From Naegleria gruberi (Eukaryota), in NCBI GenBank assembly GCA_000004985.1, contig GG738857.1: a stretch of 64,000 nucleotides of DNA. One strand, given 5' to 3'. A program made the position numbers and the translations under genes. Below, one piece after another: positions 20,707 through 34,046 of the stretch. A model generated the notes under the pieces. The model was not told the DNA's origin. It made no database searches and saw only the letters and a program-made list of their open reading frames with translations. Within the stretch, counting starts at the first letter, position 1. Each line of letters starts with the position of its first letter.

Positions 20707-23079
20707 TTACATGAATTGAGAAAAAAATTCCTCAATATTATCCAACACCTTGTCAAAAGTAACCTCTTTGAGTTCTTTTAGTGGTTCAAGATGCGAGACA
20801 TCATGATCTGTACGCTTCTCCTCATCGTCTGTACACTTCTCTTTATCCTCTTTCTTGCCAGATCTAAAATAACAAAAAGGAGTCCAATAGAATATTTCAC
20901 CAGCAGCCTTTCCACAAATAACAATGTCCTCAAACCCACAAACGATAGCACAATAGTGGAAATCGTACTTTCCTTTCACATAGTATAAATTCTTTTCCTT
21001 ATATTCAAAATCGTAGACATCACCAATTCCATCTGAATAAAATCTCATAGAATCTTGCAGAGCACGATATTTCTGCGAAAATATTGAGTCTCTCTGGATT
21101 GATCTATATTCTGCAATGAGATCTAAAACAAAACCATACACTTGATCTTTGATTTTTGGATTTCTTGTTTCGGCTACATCTCCATACTGATGATGAGTTG
21201 TCGGTTCCTCATCTACCCAAAATATTGTAAGAGGATCAAGATCTTCAACATCCCCTATTTGTGCTGGTTCAATTGAAGCAGATAGAGTCTTTCTTCTTCT
21301 TGTTGGTATTTCAATATTTTCCCAAACAGATTGATTCATCACAGATTCACAAGGATTTTCATCCTTTCTAATATTAATGAGGTATCCTCTAAGAAATACA
21401 ATACACATTACAGAATTACACAATGACTCAAAACTTAGTTCCTCAAGTCCTGAGATGTGTTTTTGCACTGCATTTTGCACAAGACAATCATCAGAGCCAA
21501 AGCATTCTTTCTCAAATATATTTTCTGCTGGATCTAAAATATGAATCTTGAAGAATTCGTAGGGGTTTGTTGAATCACTATCTTTTTCAGGTCTAAAATG
21601 TACAAGTTTAAACGTTCCACCATTTGACTTTCTCAAGGTTACTATATAGGTTTGTTCTCCATCATTATCATAACATTTTCCTGAAATGAATTGATTTGCA
21701 ATATGTGGTAAACAGAATTTGGTTGCAATTTCAGAGGAAACAGAGAAAGAGGCCACCGATCTATAAGTTAAATCCATTACATATTTGGCCATATTTTCAG
21801 TGTGTTGAGAATCATCTCCAAATTTCATTAAATCAATTAAGGAATCAATTTGATGCGTTAATGGACACCAACGATAATCCACACCATCCCTTTCCTCACG
21901 AAATTTCTCATTTCCAAAATAACTAACAGGTGCACGAAGCTGCTGTTGCTGATTTTGATTATTATTCTTTTTCTTCTTTTTACCTGGTTGTTGATTGACT
22001 GGAGGGGGTGGAGGTGGAGGTGGTGGAAGAGGAGGGGGTGGTGGATTTTTAGCATACTCATAAGAACTCAGAATGCAATCCAAATAACGATCTATCTTCT
22101 TAACGCCTGCAATTCCTAACATTATTCTAAAGAATACCTCCATTTGAAAATTTCCCCTAATTGTAAACAATAAATTGTCAAAAGAGCTATCAAATATTCT
22201 TTTCTGCGAAATTTCAACCAATTTTTCCAATGAGGAATCGTTCAATTCCCTTGCCAAATAATAATGACCAACTCCCCTTGTTAATTTCACATTCTGATGC
22301 AAGACAACTGGCTCATTAGCGCATGTGAAAAATTTCACATGAATTGATGAATAAATATCTTCTTCCTCCTCTCGCTCATCATCACCACTATCCTCGTCCT
22401 CCGAATGATAATAATCATCCCTGCAACTTTTTAATCTGCTTTTAATCTGAGTTTTTTGGATTTAAATAAATCTTGAAGTCAAAAATTTGCTTGACTTTTT
22501 TGCAGATTTTTTTGTTTTGATTAAAGCTGAAAAAAAAAACGTTCGTATAATCTTTGCGAGTTAATAGGTGTTTTTTGGTTTTATTTGAAGCCTGCTTTAT
22601 GGATTTAATTAAATCTTGTTGNNNNNNNNNNNNNNNNNNNNNNNNNNNNNNNNNNNNNNNNNNNNNNNNNNCAATAAAATCCCAACACTTCAATCAATCC
22701 ACTCTTGAAATAAAAGTTATGAGCATTCAATGAATGACAATTCACCTTTCCCAATGTTTCCTCAATATCATGAATCATCAATGGATGACTAAATTCCACA
22801 CCTTGTGCAATATATAAATTACGTAAAAAACCATCAAGTCTATATAACATTGCCTTTGCTTGTTTGTTTTTATCATTCATTTCATGAACATTTGAAGAGG
22901 AAGAATAATAGGCATGGAGAATCTACATAGGAGAGAATTGTATCAAGTATTTGAATACATGATGATAATGTTGTGAAGAGTGAAAACTTTTCATGTTTAG
23001 ATTCAATTTTCTTCTTTTTGTTCTTTGATTCAAATTCACTTGTTGGATCATCAAAATCTTCAACAAGTCTTTTTAACAT
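20707..23079 (-). CDS. Hypothetical protein with poly-proline tract; multi-exon, structure unresolved because of an internal gap
   Basis: The large ORF 20707..22338 stays open upstream to ~22461 without an ATG (acidic ...DDYYHSEDEDSGDDEREEEED...). ORFs 22605..22880 and 22882..23079 (ATG 23079 in AAAAAAAATG context) are probably upstream exons. A 73-nt GT-AG intron candidate would link the last two. The N gap 22622..22671 interrupts the model. Confidence 0.45.
22622..22671. other. Assembly gap (50 N)
   Basis: Run of N in the sequence. Confidence 1.
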
Positions 23080-23338
23080 TTTTTTTAAATATTAATTAAT
23101 TGAAAGATGGCACAATTGCTTTTTTATCTTCTCAAACAATTGTCATAAAACGGTCAGACCTCCCTTAGTATTTGTTTATTCATTTCAAAGGTTCTGACCT
23201 TTGAGTTTACATAGAATGAGATTTTGTATTTCAATTTCCCAATCATACCAGGTTTGAAACATTGCTTTGGATTTCGGCCATATCTTACTATTTGAGTGAG
23301 GTTAAAATCTTATTCAAAAATTGATTTATTTTCTCTAT

Positions 23339-26227
23339 TTACTTTTTTACAATAATTGTACTTCCTTGTTCTTCCTCTTTCTTTGTCAACTTGAGAAGTA
23401 CACTCTTTGGAAGGAATTTGAGAGCACCATCTCTGACCATTCTTTTAACTCCTGATTTTGCTAGATAAACATCCACACCTTCCCAAACAGTCTTCTTTTG
23501 AACTGTTTTAATTCTTTCTTGCATTGCATTTTCATACTTTTCAAAAGCTTGTTGTAAGCAACTATCGAAATAAATACTCTTCTCCAATGGGATTGTATGT
23601 AAATTATCTTCACCTTCTGTCGAGGCATGGGTTTCTAAAACATTTCTCAATTCCAAAGCAAGAGTTTTAGCAGCAACAATGGCCAAAGCACCACCTTTAC
23701 CACTCAATGGAGTACAAGCTTGACAAGCATCACCAACTAGTACGCATTTGCCCTTGTACCAATTGTCTAAATTTCTAATTTGAGCCAAATCGTCATAGTA
23801 AATGATTCTGCTATCAAAAACGAGATCCATAATGTCGTGGAATAAGAATCCACAATCATCAAACTTGTTCTTTAAGAAATTCTTTCTATCTTCAGCTGAA
23901 ATAAAGAAAGTCTTTGAGTGGTGTGACTTTTCAACCTTTTTCTTCTTTTGTTTCTTTTCTGATTTTTCATTTGGAGACTTTTCGTCATTGCTTGTTGGTG
24001 AACTGCTGCTGTTGTTTGAGTTTGGAGTAACACATTTTTCTTCCAAGTTTTGGACGCTTGCTGATTCTCTGTTGGCCATCGACTCGTTAACCATTTCCAT
24101 AAAAGCTTCAGCAATTTCCTCATCCTCTTCCTCCATTACTTCCTCATGATCTTCAGAGCTGTCACTTGAGTGAGTAACTGATCTTTGATCGTCATTGTCA
24201 TGATGATCTTCAAACTTGTTAATGTCGAATGAGTAGAAATGATTTGTTAAAGATGAAGCAGATGAAGATGGATCTTGAGCCAAGTCATTCTTGATTGGAG
24301 ATTCGGTATGTTTTCTAAATAGAGAAAATCTCTTTCTCCACTTTTCATGAGTTGAAGGTGATTTGCTATCATTTGGTGAATCAATAAGTGCATCATCTAC
24401 AAATGATTTACTCTTACTGACAGTGTAACTTGAGCTTTCTTTCAACATGTCCTCTTCTTTTGGTTGTCTGTACACCAATGATACTGAAAGCTTGTTACCA
24501 TACCTCAGCACATTCATATAACGTCCATGATTTAACAAAACTGAGCTAGATTCTCCATCTTTGATTAACTCGGCAAGTTTCTTAGAAACTTCTTTCATTT
24601 TGGCAATTCTGTCGGGTGTCAATGGTTCTAATCCCTTAATTCCACTAATTTGTGTTGGGTCAAAAGATTCTGTCGACTTCTTCTCCGATCCATAAACATT
24701 ATTCCAATACTTTTCACTCACTTGTTGCTCATCTGCCTCTGTCAAAATCATGTCAACAATAAAGCAAAAGTATCCAACTCCCAAAAAATGTTTAAAATTG
24801 CTCTCATCACCAAAGATTAGTGCTCTAGTTTGACTGTGAATACCATCAGACCCAACCACTAGATCATATTCTTCTCTTTCTATTTGATATAATTTACGAT
24901 CTTCTGTCGATTGATAAACTGAACTCTCAAACGAATCACCTTCATTGAAAGTTACAAGTAAATCATTCATTGAAGTTCTCTTTGGATCATTGATAGTATT
25001 CAATGGAGCAGACATTGGACTACCTTCAAGTAAAATGTTACTTGAACTATCGGACTTGGTTTTTTGTGATGGAGATTGAGCATTTGATTCCTTCTTTTGG
25101 AAAAATCTTCTCCAACCTGCTGATTCCTTTCCTGCACTGTTTGGTGTTGCAATTTCTGCTGGTGTTGTTGTTGAGCTCTTTTTCATTGCTTCCTCTTCCA
25201 TTTGTTGCAAATCTCCTGAAGAACCAGTTGACTTTCTCTTGTGAAGTTTTGAAAGTCTATTAGTAGGACTATCCTTCCTTTCTAAATTTGAAATATCATT
25301 CAAAATTCTAGTATTAAGTGGTGAATTAACACTACAAACTGAACTTGATCTCTTCATTTGAATATTTTCTTGTTGTTCCTTTTGATATTGTAAATGCAAC
25401 CAATCATTCTTATTCATTAGAGTAACTTCAATCTTTTCCTTGTTAAATAAACTTGGTCTCATACTGTAAATTACTCTATTCATCTTGAAATGTTTATCAT
25501 CGGAAAGTTCATCATCTGAAGAAGGTGTTGAACTATTCGAATGTAAATTAGCATTGGAAAGAATGGTTAAATTTCCATCTCGTCGGACTATTAATGGTTT
25601 AATTCTCTTCATTAAAATCTCATGAAATTTATGTCTTTCATATCTTCTACCTTCTTCTTTATATTTAATAACTGAAGATTCATCAAAACTTCTTACGTGA
25701 CGTCCATTCTTGGTGTAGAAATGTTGTTTGGATCTTGGAATTTCAATTTGATGGAGCTCTTCTTCTAGATTCATTTCTTTGAGAGCTCTTATAACTTGTT
25801 CTCCTTCTAGTGTTATGATGGCACCTACTTGTCTATAGTTTGAAATTATAATAGGACTTTCGAATAAATTATTTGAAACTTACCTATACACTGAAGCCTT
25901 CTCTACAATAGTAATTTCGATTGGTAAATTGTTGTGTTTATGACTCAATGAATGAAGTAAATAATAGGAAAAGACTAAACCTGCAAAACCTCCTCCACTC
26001 ACTAACACTTTATAGGTATGATGACTATTCGAATGATGATTCGAATGATGTTTATGATTATTTTGTTGAGAAATCAATGACGATGAACGTCCATAAGAGA
26101 AAAAGTAATTATTATCCTGTTGTTGATTTGTAGATGGAGGTGATTGTGAAGATGATGAATTTTCCTCATCATCATTATCTCCAAAATATCTATGAGTGCT
26201 GATATCTTGATTGTTGGAAAGCATCAT
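23339..26227 (-). CDS. FAD-dependent monooxygenase (aromatic-ring hydroxylase-like family) with very large low-complexity insertions
   Basis: Two exons, 25884..26227 and 23339..25832, with a 51-nt intron 25833..25883 (GTAAGT..TAG, phase 2). Motifs are the Rossmann dinucleotide motif VLVSGGGFAGL, the DG motif VVGSDGIHSQTR and the GD motif VLVGDACQACTPLSGKGGALAI. Hundreds of Ser/Asn/Glu-rich residues separate them. Confidence 0.75.
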
Positions 26228-26935
26228 TGTGTGGCAGTAAAATTATGTGTGTTATCTGATTGTTGTTGTTGTTGTGTGTTGAATGAGTTTTGGCTTTTTT
26301 TATGAATTGTTTTCAAAGCAATGAAACGAATTTTGCTCTTTTATGGAAATTTTAAAAGGAAGGCTTGAACAGCTTTTTTGTGTAGTCCTTTATGGTGTAC
26401 CACTTGCCTAATGTTTGTCAAATATTAAAAATAGTGCTGCAGCAGAGTGGTGTTTTGTATTTCTCCAATTTACCATCGATTTGATTTTTGCAATTTGATT
26501 GAATTTTGGGATTATGAATCTACGGTTTTTAAAAAAGTACAAAATGAATAAAATCGAATATTACTCGAGCGGTTTTTTGTGCACCATTTTAAATAAAAGA
26601 ATCTTCTTTTGGCTGGCTGGAATAGTAAATAATAAAATACTGCTATGGAGCGAAAGAATGGGATATCAGAAATTGTGTAATTTTAGAAACCATTTCCAAG
26701 ATGAGATTCTTTATTTCAAATTGAAGATTATACTAATATATTAAATGTGCACCTAACTACAGCTCAATGTTAATAATTTTAAAAGAGTTTGAAAAACAAA
26801 GATTTCAAAGTGATAAGAATAGAGTTGAACAACAGAAAATTGTAAACAAGTAATTCCACCTCATCATCCTTGTCATCATGGACTCAACGATGTAATAAAA
26901 ATCATGAAAAATTATAGAGATGAACTTTAAAAAAA

Positions 26936-28859
26936 ATGCTCAACAATAGAATCATCCCTACCACTCCCTACATTAATCCAAAACTTAATTATGGTGCTGC
27001 TGTTATAGCAAATTTACATCTTGATCAAGTTGTAGAAGTGAAGGGATCGCATTGGTATTGTGATCCATCCGTTGTAACAAAAGAAAAGATATTCGGACCT
27101 ACAACAACTCTTCAAGTTGGTGGAATGGACGCCATTGATACTGCTTTTGTTAAAAGTGTTCAAAATTCAATGTTTTTCCGATTTGATCTTGATGATGAAT
27201 TTGTAGTCAATAGAAATTATTCGCTAATTATTAATGGAAATACTTTACAAGTTGATAAGGAACTTGTTTGTAAATATTCAAGTGTATTGAAACAATTAAT
27301 TGATTCGTCTTCATCATCGGAAGTTGTGATTGAAGAGAGTCAAGGTGAATATTTACAACATGTATTAACATTTATTCATGAAGGAAAGTTAGGTGTTGAA
27401 TCATCTAAATTCTCCTCTCAACAAGATGCTGGATTGATCAATTTGAAACAATTAATAGAATTGATTAAAATAGCAGACAAGTATCAAGTTGAAAGTTTAT
27501 TAGTAGAAATTGCAAATATTGTTAATGATATGATTGCCATGATTATTATTGAGAAATGTAAAACTATTTCAAATGAGGGCAAGAAGATAGTATTTGAAAA
27601 GTGTTATGAATTTATTGGATTCAATCCAGCAAGTGTTGTTGCTGCTAAAGTTTACAATGACCAACCAATTATCACAAACTTTTTAGAAGATTTCAGGATA
27701 AAGATGCAAGAACTTCAATTAGCTTCAGAAGATATGATTATTGATTATTTATTCTCAGAAAATGGATATGATGTCAATGTTGATATTACAAACAACAAGA
27801 AGACTTTTGCTAAAATGATTGGTGCCCTAAAAACCGATGCATCATTGATTGCCTTTTCTGAATTGGATGCTGAAACATTGATGGGAATTTTGGGTAGCAA
27901 GTTTTTATCAATGAAAACTGAAGTATTATTGAGCGTTCTTGTAGGATGGTATTTAGCTGATACTAGTAGACTTGAAGATGCATGCAAATTTTTATTAGCA
28001 AACGATTGGAGTGATTGCGAAAGAGAAGCTTTTAACCTATTATTTTACAATATTTTCATATTTGGAGCTAAAAAACATGAAAATACTGAACTGTTGGACA
28101 AACTTAGAGATAAGCTCAGCCAAAATATGTTCAAGAAAGAAAATGTTATGGGTGATGAGTGGCATGTTTACAATGAAAATAGACCACCAAGATCAGCTTA
28201 TCGTAATAACTCTGGAGATTTGAGAGTTTTATTGCTTGGATTGGATGCTTCAGGAAAGACCTGCATCTTATACATGATGAAATTAGGAGAAAGAATTACA
28301 ACAGTAAGTAATTAGTCGCTTTGCAAGTTTTTGAATGTTTGTGAAGATTCCAACAATTGGTTTCAATGTGGAAACAGTGAATAGTTGTGGAAAGAATTTA
28401 ACTGTTTGGGATGTTGGTGGCCAAGATAAGATTCGCCCATTGTGGAGACACTATTATTCCAACACCTCAATTGTCATGTTTGTTGTTGATGCTTGTGACA
28501 GAGAAAGATTTGAGGATGCTTGTGATTGCATTCAAAGACTTGGATCAGAAGATGATTTGAAGGATTGTACCATTTTGGTATTTGCAAACAAGATGGATTT
28601 ACCAAATAGTGCCTCTATCAAAGAAATTGTTGAAAAATTAGAATTGAATAGATTGAAAAATCCAAATTGGATGGTTCAAGGTTGCAGTGCAACTCAAAAC
28701 ATTGGTTTAGAGGAGGGTTTCAAACTTGTAATTAAGGCTCACCAATACCAATCCCAGAATACTGCTGTTATTGAACAGTTGACCTCTCAAGAACATGAGA
28801 AGCCACCAAGAACCACTACTCACTTTGGACTCTTTGAACCTAAATTTAACACATTTTAA
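26936..28859 (+). CDS. BTB/POZ-domain protein fused to a C-terminal ARF-family small GTPase
   Basis: Exons 26936..28303 and 28347..28859, with a 43-nt intron 28304..28346 (GTAAGT..AAG, phase 0). BTB-like segment: IINGNTLQVDKELVCKYSSVLKQLI...EYLQHVLTFIHEGKL...LIKIADKYQVESLL. The ARF motifs span the junction: LLLGLDASGKT, ITT|IPTIGFNVE, WDVGGQDKIRPLW, ANKMDL. Confidence 0.8.
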
Positions 28860-29051
28860 TTAAAAAAATTATTGTATAATACATTTGGTTTTTTTATCAA
28901 TTATGTTAATTTTCCATAAAAGCTCTATGGATTATCCTACTGAGCTTGTTGTCACTTTCCAAAAATGTGTATTTTCCTTTTTCAGATGAAACCTCAAATT
29001 CTTTCATTCTTAACCAGAGAAAACATTCCAACAAGAAAAAAAAACACAAAC

Positions 29052-29273
29052 ATGAAATTCCCATTCAACACAAGTGGTACTCGTTCAACCACAACAACCA
29101 CCACCAACACAACAACCATTGTAAACAATCCAAATACAGTAAGAATGTCAATTGACCAACCGATTAGTGATTTAGATAGAAGAGAAATGATTGGTTTAGA
29201 TGATGTCGAGGATATTCATTCTGCTCTCATCTTTGAAAACATTCCTCGCAGACGTTTCAGTTTCCAAAAATAG
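29052..29273 (+). CDS. Small hypothetical Thr/Asn-rich protein (73 aa)
   Basis: First ATG inside ORF 28965..29273. No homology recognised, and it may be non-coding. Confidence 0.25.
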   Translation: MKFPFNTSGTRSTTTTTTNTTTIVNNPNTVRMSIDQPISDLDRREMIGLDDVEDIHSALIFENIPRRRFSFQK

Positions 29274-29533
29274 AAAATATCATTTTATTTATTGTAAATA
29301 TATCAACCAACTATTAAACTATTATATCAATTACAAAAGAATTTCAAAATTGCATTCCACAAAAAATCTGTTGTAACTAAAATGGTAGCCACCTCTGACT
29401 CAATCTTGCAACCCTAGACCAATAAATTTGTTATATTATTAGAAATGGATCTCATTCCAATTCACAAACTTCACAAGCCTTTGAATTCTTTGAAAAAAAA
29501 GCCTTCAACAAAACCTTTGCATCTACTTTTCAA

Positions 29534-31756
29534 ATGGTAAAGAAAAGAATCAGCAACAAGAATGAAGAGAAGGACGACCTTCTTGATGCGAACTCCGGAG
29601 AGGATGCAATAACTTCGGAATCATCAACTATAGCATCTGCTGTTAGTAGTACAATGCAACAACAACAAGTAGACAATAACAATATGCATCATCGTAAACT
29701 TGCATTGGAGGAGGATGAATCATGCAATACTAATTCTCATCATCATGCTAATGATTATTCCAAGCAAGTAGTAGAAGATTCAGAACAAGAAGGTACTTTG
29801 AATGCACAAGGTGTGAATGATGAGACTGATCATGCACAAGTAGCAATTTCTAATAATCAAATACAGAATGAAGTGACTAGTAATGAAGTGAATATTCCTG
29901 ATGGCATGACTAGAAAGCAAAGAATTATAAATCACTTGAAAATGGGAAAGAATGAGCTGATTCAAGTTTTAAAATTATGTTGGCCTGCTGTTGTGATGAA
30001 TGTTTGTTTTCAATTACTTGGTTTGGAAAGTTTGTCTTTTATTGGACATATTACTTTGGAGGATAATGAAATTCCAGGCATTACTAAGGATAAAGTTGGT
30101 GAATTGTATATGGCAGCAGCATCTTTGGGAAATTCATTCTTTTTCTGTATGTTTATTTAACATTTTCATTTTAATTTTCAACTATTTCTAAAATAGGTCT
30201 TGGATTTGTAATTGTTGGATTAATTCATGGTCAAGATACACTCGTTTCACAGGCGGTTGGTGCTAAAAATTTCATTAGAGCTGGTCACGTTTTAGCACGA
30301 TCCCTACTTACCATTCTATTGTGTTCAATTCCAATTTGTGTAGCATTGTGTTTTGCTAATTATTCTCTCTATTGGATGAATCAGGAAAAAGTTTTGGTTG
30401 ATCTAGTTGGAAATTATTTAAGAATTTTAACACCTGGTATGATTCCATTTGTGGTTTGTGAGGCATTGTCTCTGTATTTAATTGCTCAGAATATTTTAAT
30501 GCCAAATGTCATTATTTGGATTATTTCTGTAATTATTAATTTTGGATTGAATTGGTTATTAGTTTTTGGATTTGGATTTGATTCTCTTGGATTTGTAGGA
30601 GCTCCAGTAGCATTAACCATTACAAGATATATCATGTTGGTCATGTACATTGTATTTATTTATTTCAAAGGTTATATGAAAGAAACATGGAAAGGATTTA
30701 TTGATATTAAGGCTGTTTTTAAATGGGATGGATTTAAGGAATATTTGAAATTGGCTCTTCCAGGTTCTGTCATGTTAGCAGTAAGTAATTATTCTATTCT
30801 CAAAACAAATTTGAAACATATTGATATGAAGGCTGAGGTTTGGGGATTTGAGTTATCAACAATTACTTCCTCCTTCTTAGGACCAACTGCATTGGCATCC
30901 CATAGTATTGTTCTTAATATTTGTGCCTTGACATTTATGGTTCCTTTATCAATCGCTACTGCAACAGCCATCAAAATTGGACAATATATGGGTGGTAGAG
31001 AACCAATCAAAGCCAAATATACATCTTATGCATCAATGGTCTTCTCAGGATTATTCATGTTCTGTTCTGGAACTACATTGGCCATATGTAGAGAGTGGAT
31101 TCCACAAATTTACACACAAGATGCTGATATTATTTACAATGCTTCCATTATCTTCCCATTGTGTGCTCTCTTCCAATTCTTTGATGGTGTTCAAGCAATT
31201 GCTGGAGCTACCATTAGAGGTGTCGGCAAGCAAATTGTTGGTGCTGCCAGTACTCTCATTGCTTATTACGTAAGTTGTTCACACAATACTATTACTAATT
31301 CCTGCAAATTTAAAGATTATTGGTTTACCTATTGGAGCTGTATTAGCCTTTGTTGCTGGTTGGGGACTTGTTGGTATTTGGTCTGGATTAGCCATTGCTC
31401 TCTTCTCTGTATTTGTTGGCATGTTATTGTTCATTCGTTTTAGAATTAATTGGGAGAAGGAAGCAGAGGTTGCCTACAATAGAGCAACAACAAAAACATC
31501 AGAAGGATCTTCATCAGTAGAACTGGAAGCAACAGCAGCAGATGAATCAACAACAAGCAACAAGATGATGACAACACAAGTAGAATTGGAGGAAGGAAGA
31601 GTGGATGAAGAAAACAAGGCTGTTGTTATTGATGGTCAAGCAGAAGATTCTAGTGTATCGCCATCTTTGGAAGAAGATGAGGACTATTCAAGAGTGAATA
31701 GCAGAGTAAATTTACTGCAGAGCACGAGCACAGTTGCGCTGGAGGATGAAGAATAA
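29534..31756 (+). CDS. MATE-family multidrug/toxin efflux transporter
   Basis: Exons 29534..30146, 30197..30780, 30832..31269 and 31316..31756, with introns of 50, 51 and 46 nt. The protein has a long hydrophilic N-terminus, then multiple TM helices with MATE-like segments (GQDTLVSQAVGAKNF; AEVWGFELSTITSSFLG; FDGVQAIAGATIRGVGKQ). Removing the third intron restores the frame to the C-terminal ORF 31421..31756. Confidence 0.8.
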
Positions 31757-31967
31757 CATTTTTATTTGATTTTAAAACTAATTTTTAATATTTTAATTGT
31801 TCAAGTAAGATCGAATGGTTCATTCCCAAGAACGAAAAATTGTGTGATAAAAGAGAAAATTTATACATTTATAAATTAATCGTTAACCTTGTTCAAAAGT
31901 TGTCATTCTCCCCCGCAGTTCTATTGTAGTTTTTTGGCGCCAATACAAATACAAATATTTCAAAAAA

Positions 31968-33826
31968 ATGGCTTCTCTTTCTGCTTCAGCCTCATCAAAA
32001 AGTTTAACGGGAAACAACAAGCAAAGTTCCGAAGATCATGTCTGGATAAATGGTTTGTATTGTATTGTATAAGAATATGAATTAATTGTTCTTCTTTAGC
32101 TTGGTATGATCCTCTTGCTTCCGTTACCTCTCTTTCACAATGTATGATGTTTTCTGATATTAATGGTGATGGAGACTACAAACTTGTGGTAGCTACTGCA
32201 AGTAAGAATCCCTTAGAAAGTAAAAAGACAAAACAAGCTCACAGATTGAGAGTCTATAAAGGTACTGGTATTATCAGCGAAAATGTTTTAATGGAGGAAC
32301 CTATTGCACTCGCTTCCTACTACACTGACTACTCATCACCTAAAAGACCTATGATTGTCGTCGCAAGTAGTAATCACATTTACTATTACAAAAACCTACA
32401 ACCATTCTACAAGTTTACTATGCCGGCAAAGACTACAGAAGAAAAGGAAGTGGAAATTTGGCAATATTTAAAGGAATCTAAATATGATGCCAAGACTGGT
32501 TACGCTGAATTAGCAAGACTTAGAGATCATAATATTACTCTTAGTACAAGGAGTTACGAACTTCTTTCTCTTACATCAAATGAAGATATTAAGGCGTTCA
32601 TTGATACCAGGAAAAATTTTGCCTTGGAGAGTCCAAATAATATTACAACTCTATCAATTCTTCCAAAAGACAGAGAAGGAGATGACGCAATTGGATGTCC
32701 AGTTGTCGGTACAGAGAGCGGAATAGTTTTTATCTTAACTCCCCAAGGATCACAAATCATGAAAGCTGTTCAATTGCCTTCAGCACCTGTAAAATTTTGT
32801 ATTGCTGGTAACTATGATAGTGATTATAGAATTACAGCAGCATGTAGAAATGGAAATGTATATACCATTAAAAATGGAGAAGTGAGTGGCGTGGTTATTG
32901 AGTTGGAATCTCATCCAGTTTCTATTGTAAAAATAGACAAAACTTTTGCTATTGGCCTTATGAACAATAGTATTCATTGCTACAATACAAGAGGAAAGAA
33001 ACAATACTCTATCTATTTACCATCTAATATTAAGGACATGGAAGTTCTTGAAATGAGAGGCCAACGTAGTGTGAAATGCATAATAGTAGCTATGGAGAAC
33101 AAGGAATTGAGAATTTATAATGGTAAAAATTTGGTAAATAGGATTGAATTATTTGAAAATATTGCCAGTCTCAGATATGGAATATACGGATCTGAGGTTA
33201 ATAGTTTAATCATTTCTTATAGAAATGGCGGTCTTGATTTTAAAGTTATCTCAAGAAAGGCAAGTTTGGAGAGCAAATCCAAAACTGGTCCACCACCAGA
33301 ACAGGAAGAGCCTTTGGATTTACCCTCCAAGACTTTCCTTTATTTGGAACAAACAAAGAGAGAAGTGGATTATTGCTCTGAAATGCATAATGTTTTCCAA
33401 AAAGATTTGGCAAGAATTAGACTTCACACTGCGAGGGCATATGTTAAAATTTTGACAGATGGCCAAGGTCCATTATCTTACACTTCCGGATCCTCTATTC
33501 GCTTGACGGCCCAAGTGCAAGGACTAGGTCCAAAGTTTAAGATTAATATTGAGGTTCAGAATACTGGCAAAAAGTCAATTTCCCAGTTATTCATTCTATT
33601 TGTTTTTAATGAAGATCTTTACTCGGTGGAGGGTGATGCAAGAAGATTGCTTCTTCCTCCTCTTCTTCCAGGACCAGTATACAGATTTAGTAAGGCAGTA
33701 ACCATGCTTGATCCTTTAGTTGCCCCAGAAACAATGAAATTATATGTTTGTAGTAAGGAGAGTCAAACACCTGTAATAACTGCTGTTGTAAATATGCCAC
33801 CAACAGAAATGATTGAATTAGTATAA
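31968..33826 (+). CDS. BBS1: Bardet-Biedl syndrome 1 protein homologue (BBSome subunit)
   Basis: Exons 31968..32052 and 32100..33826, with a 47-nt intron (GTTTGT..TAG, phase 1). Several blocks match my recollection of animal BBS1: W.NAWYDP; DINGDGDYKLVV; IYYYKNLQPFYKFTMP; AACRNGNVYTI; VQGLGPKFK. Confidence 0.85.
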
Positions 33827-34046
33827 ACTTTTTATTAATAATTTGAAACTCTATAATTGCCATTTTACCAGAGAATATTACGATTAATTGAGATATGGAA
33901 ATATCATGATTTAACTTCGCAAGCCATAATGTTCATGATCTTAGAATTCTTTTAAATTCACGGTTTTGTTTTTTGGAGTGCTCCCAAAAAGTCATTCTGC
34001 AAACATTGTGATTTCTTCCCAGTGCTCTGTGGAAGCAAAATAGATG

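Noticed and set aside
26499-26744. 81-aa ORF in the divergent promoter between the FAD monooxygenase and the BTB-ARF gene
   Set aside because: It has a non-ATG start and AT-rich low-complexity translation, with no supporting motif.
28946-29155. 69-aa ORF overlapping the small Thr-rich ORF
   Set aside because: It is an alternative frame of the same low-complexity region with a non-ATG start. Only the frame with an internal ATG (29052) was kept, and that at low confidence.
30781-30831. Read-through of this segment as coding (the track ORF 30319..31443 includes it)
   Set aside because: It begins with GTAAGT, ends with AAG, is 51 nt long and encodes VSNYSILKTNLKHIDMK in the middle of a MATE transmembrane region. 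Treated as an in-frame intron, with moderate confidence only.
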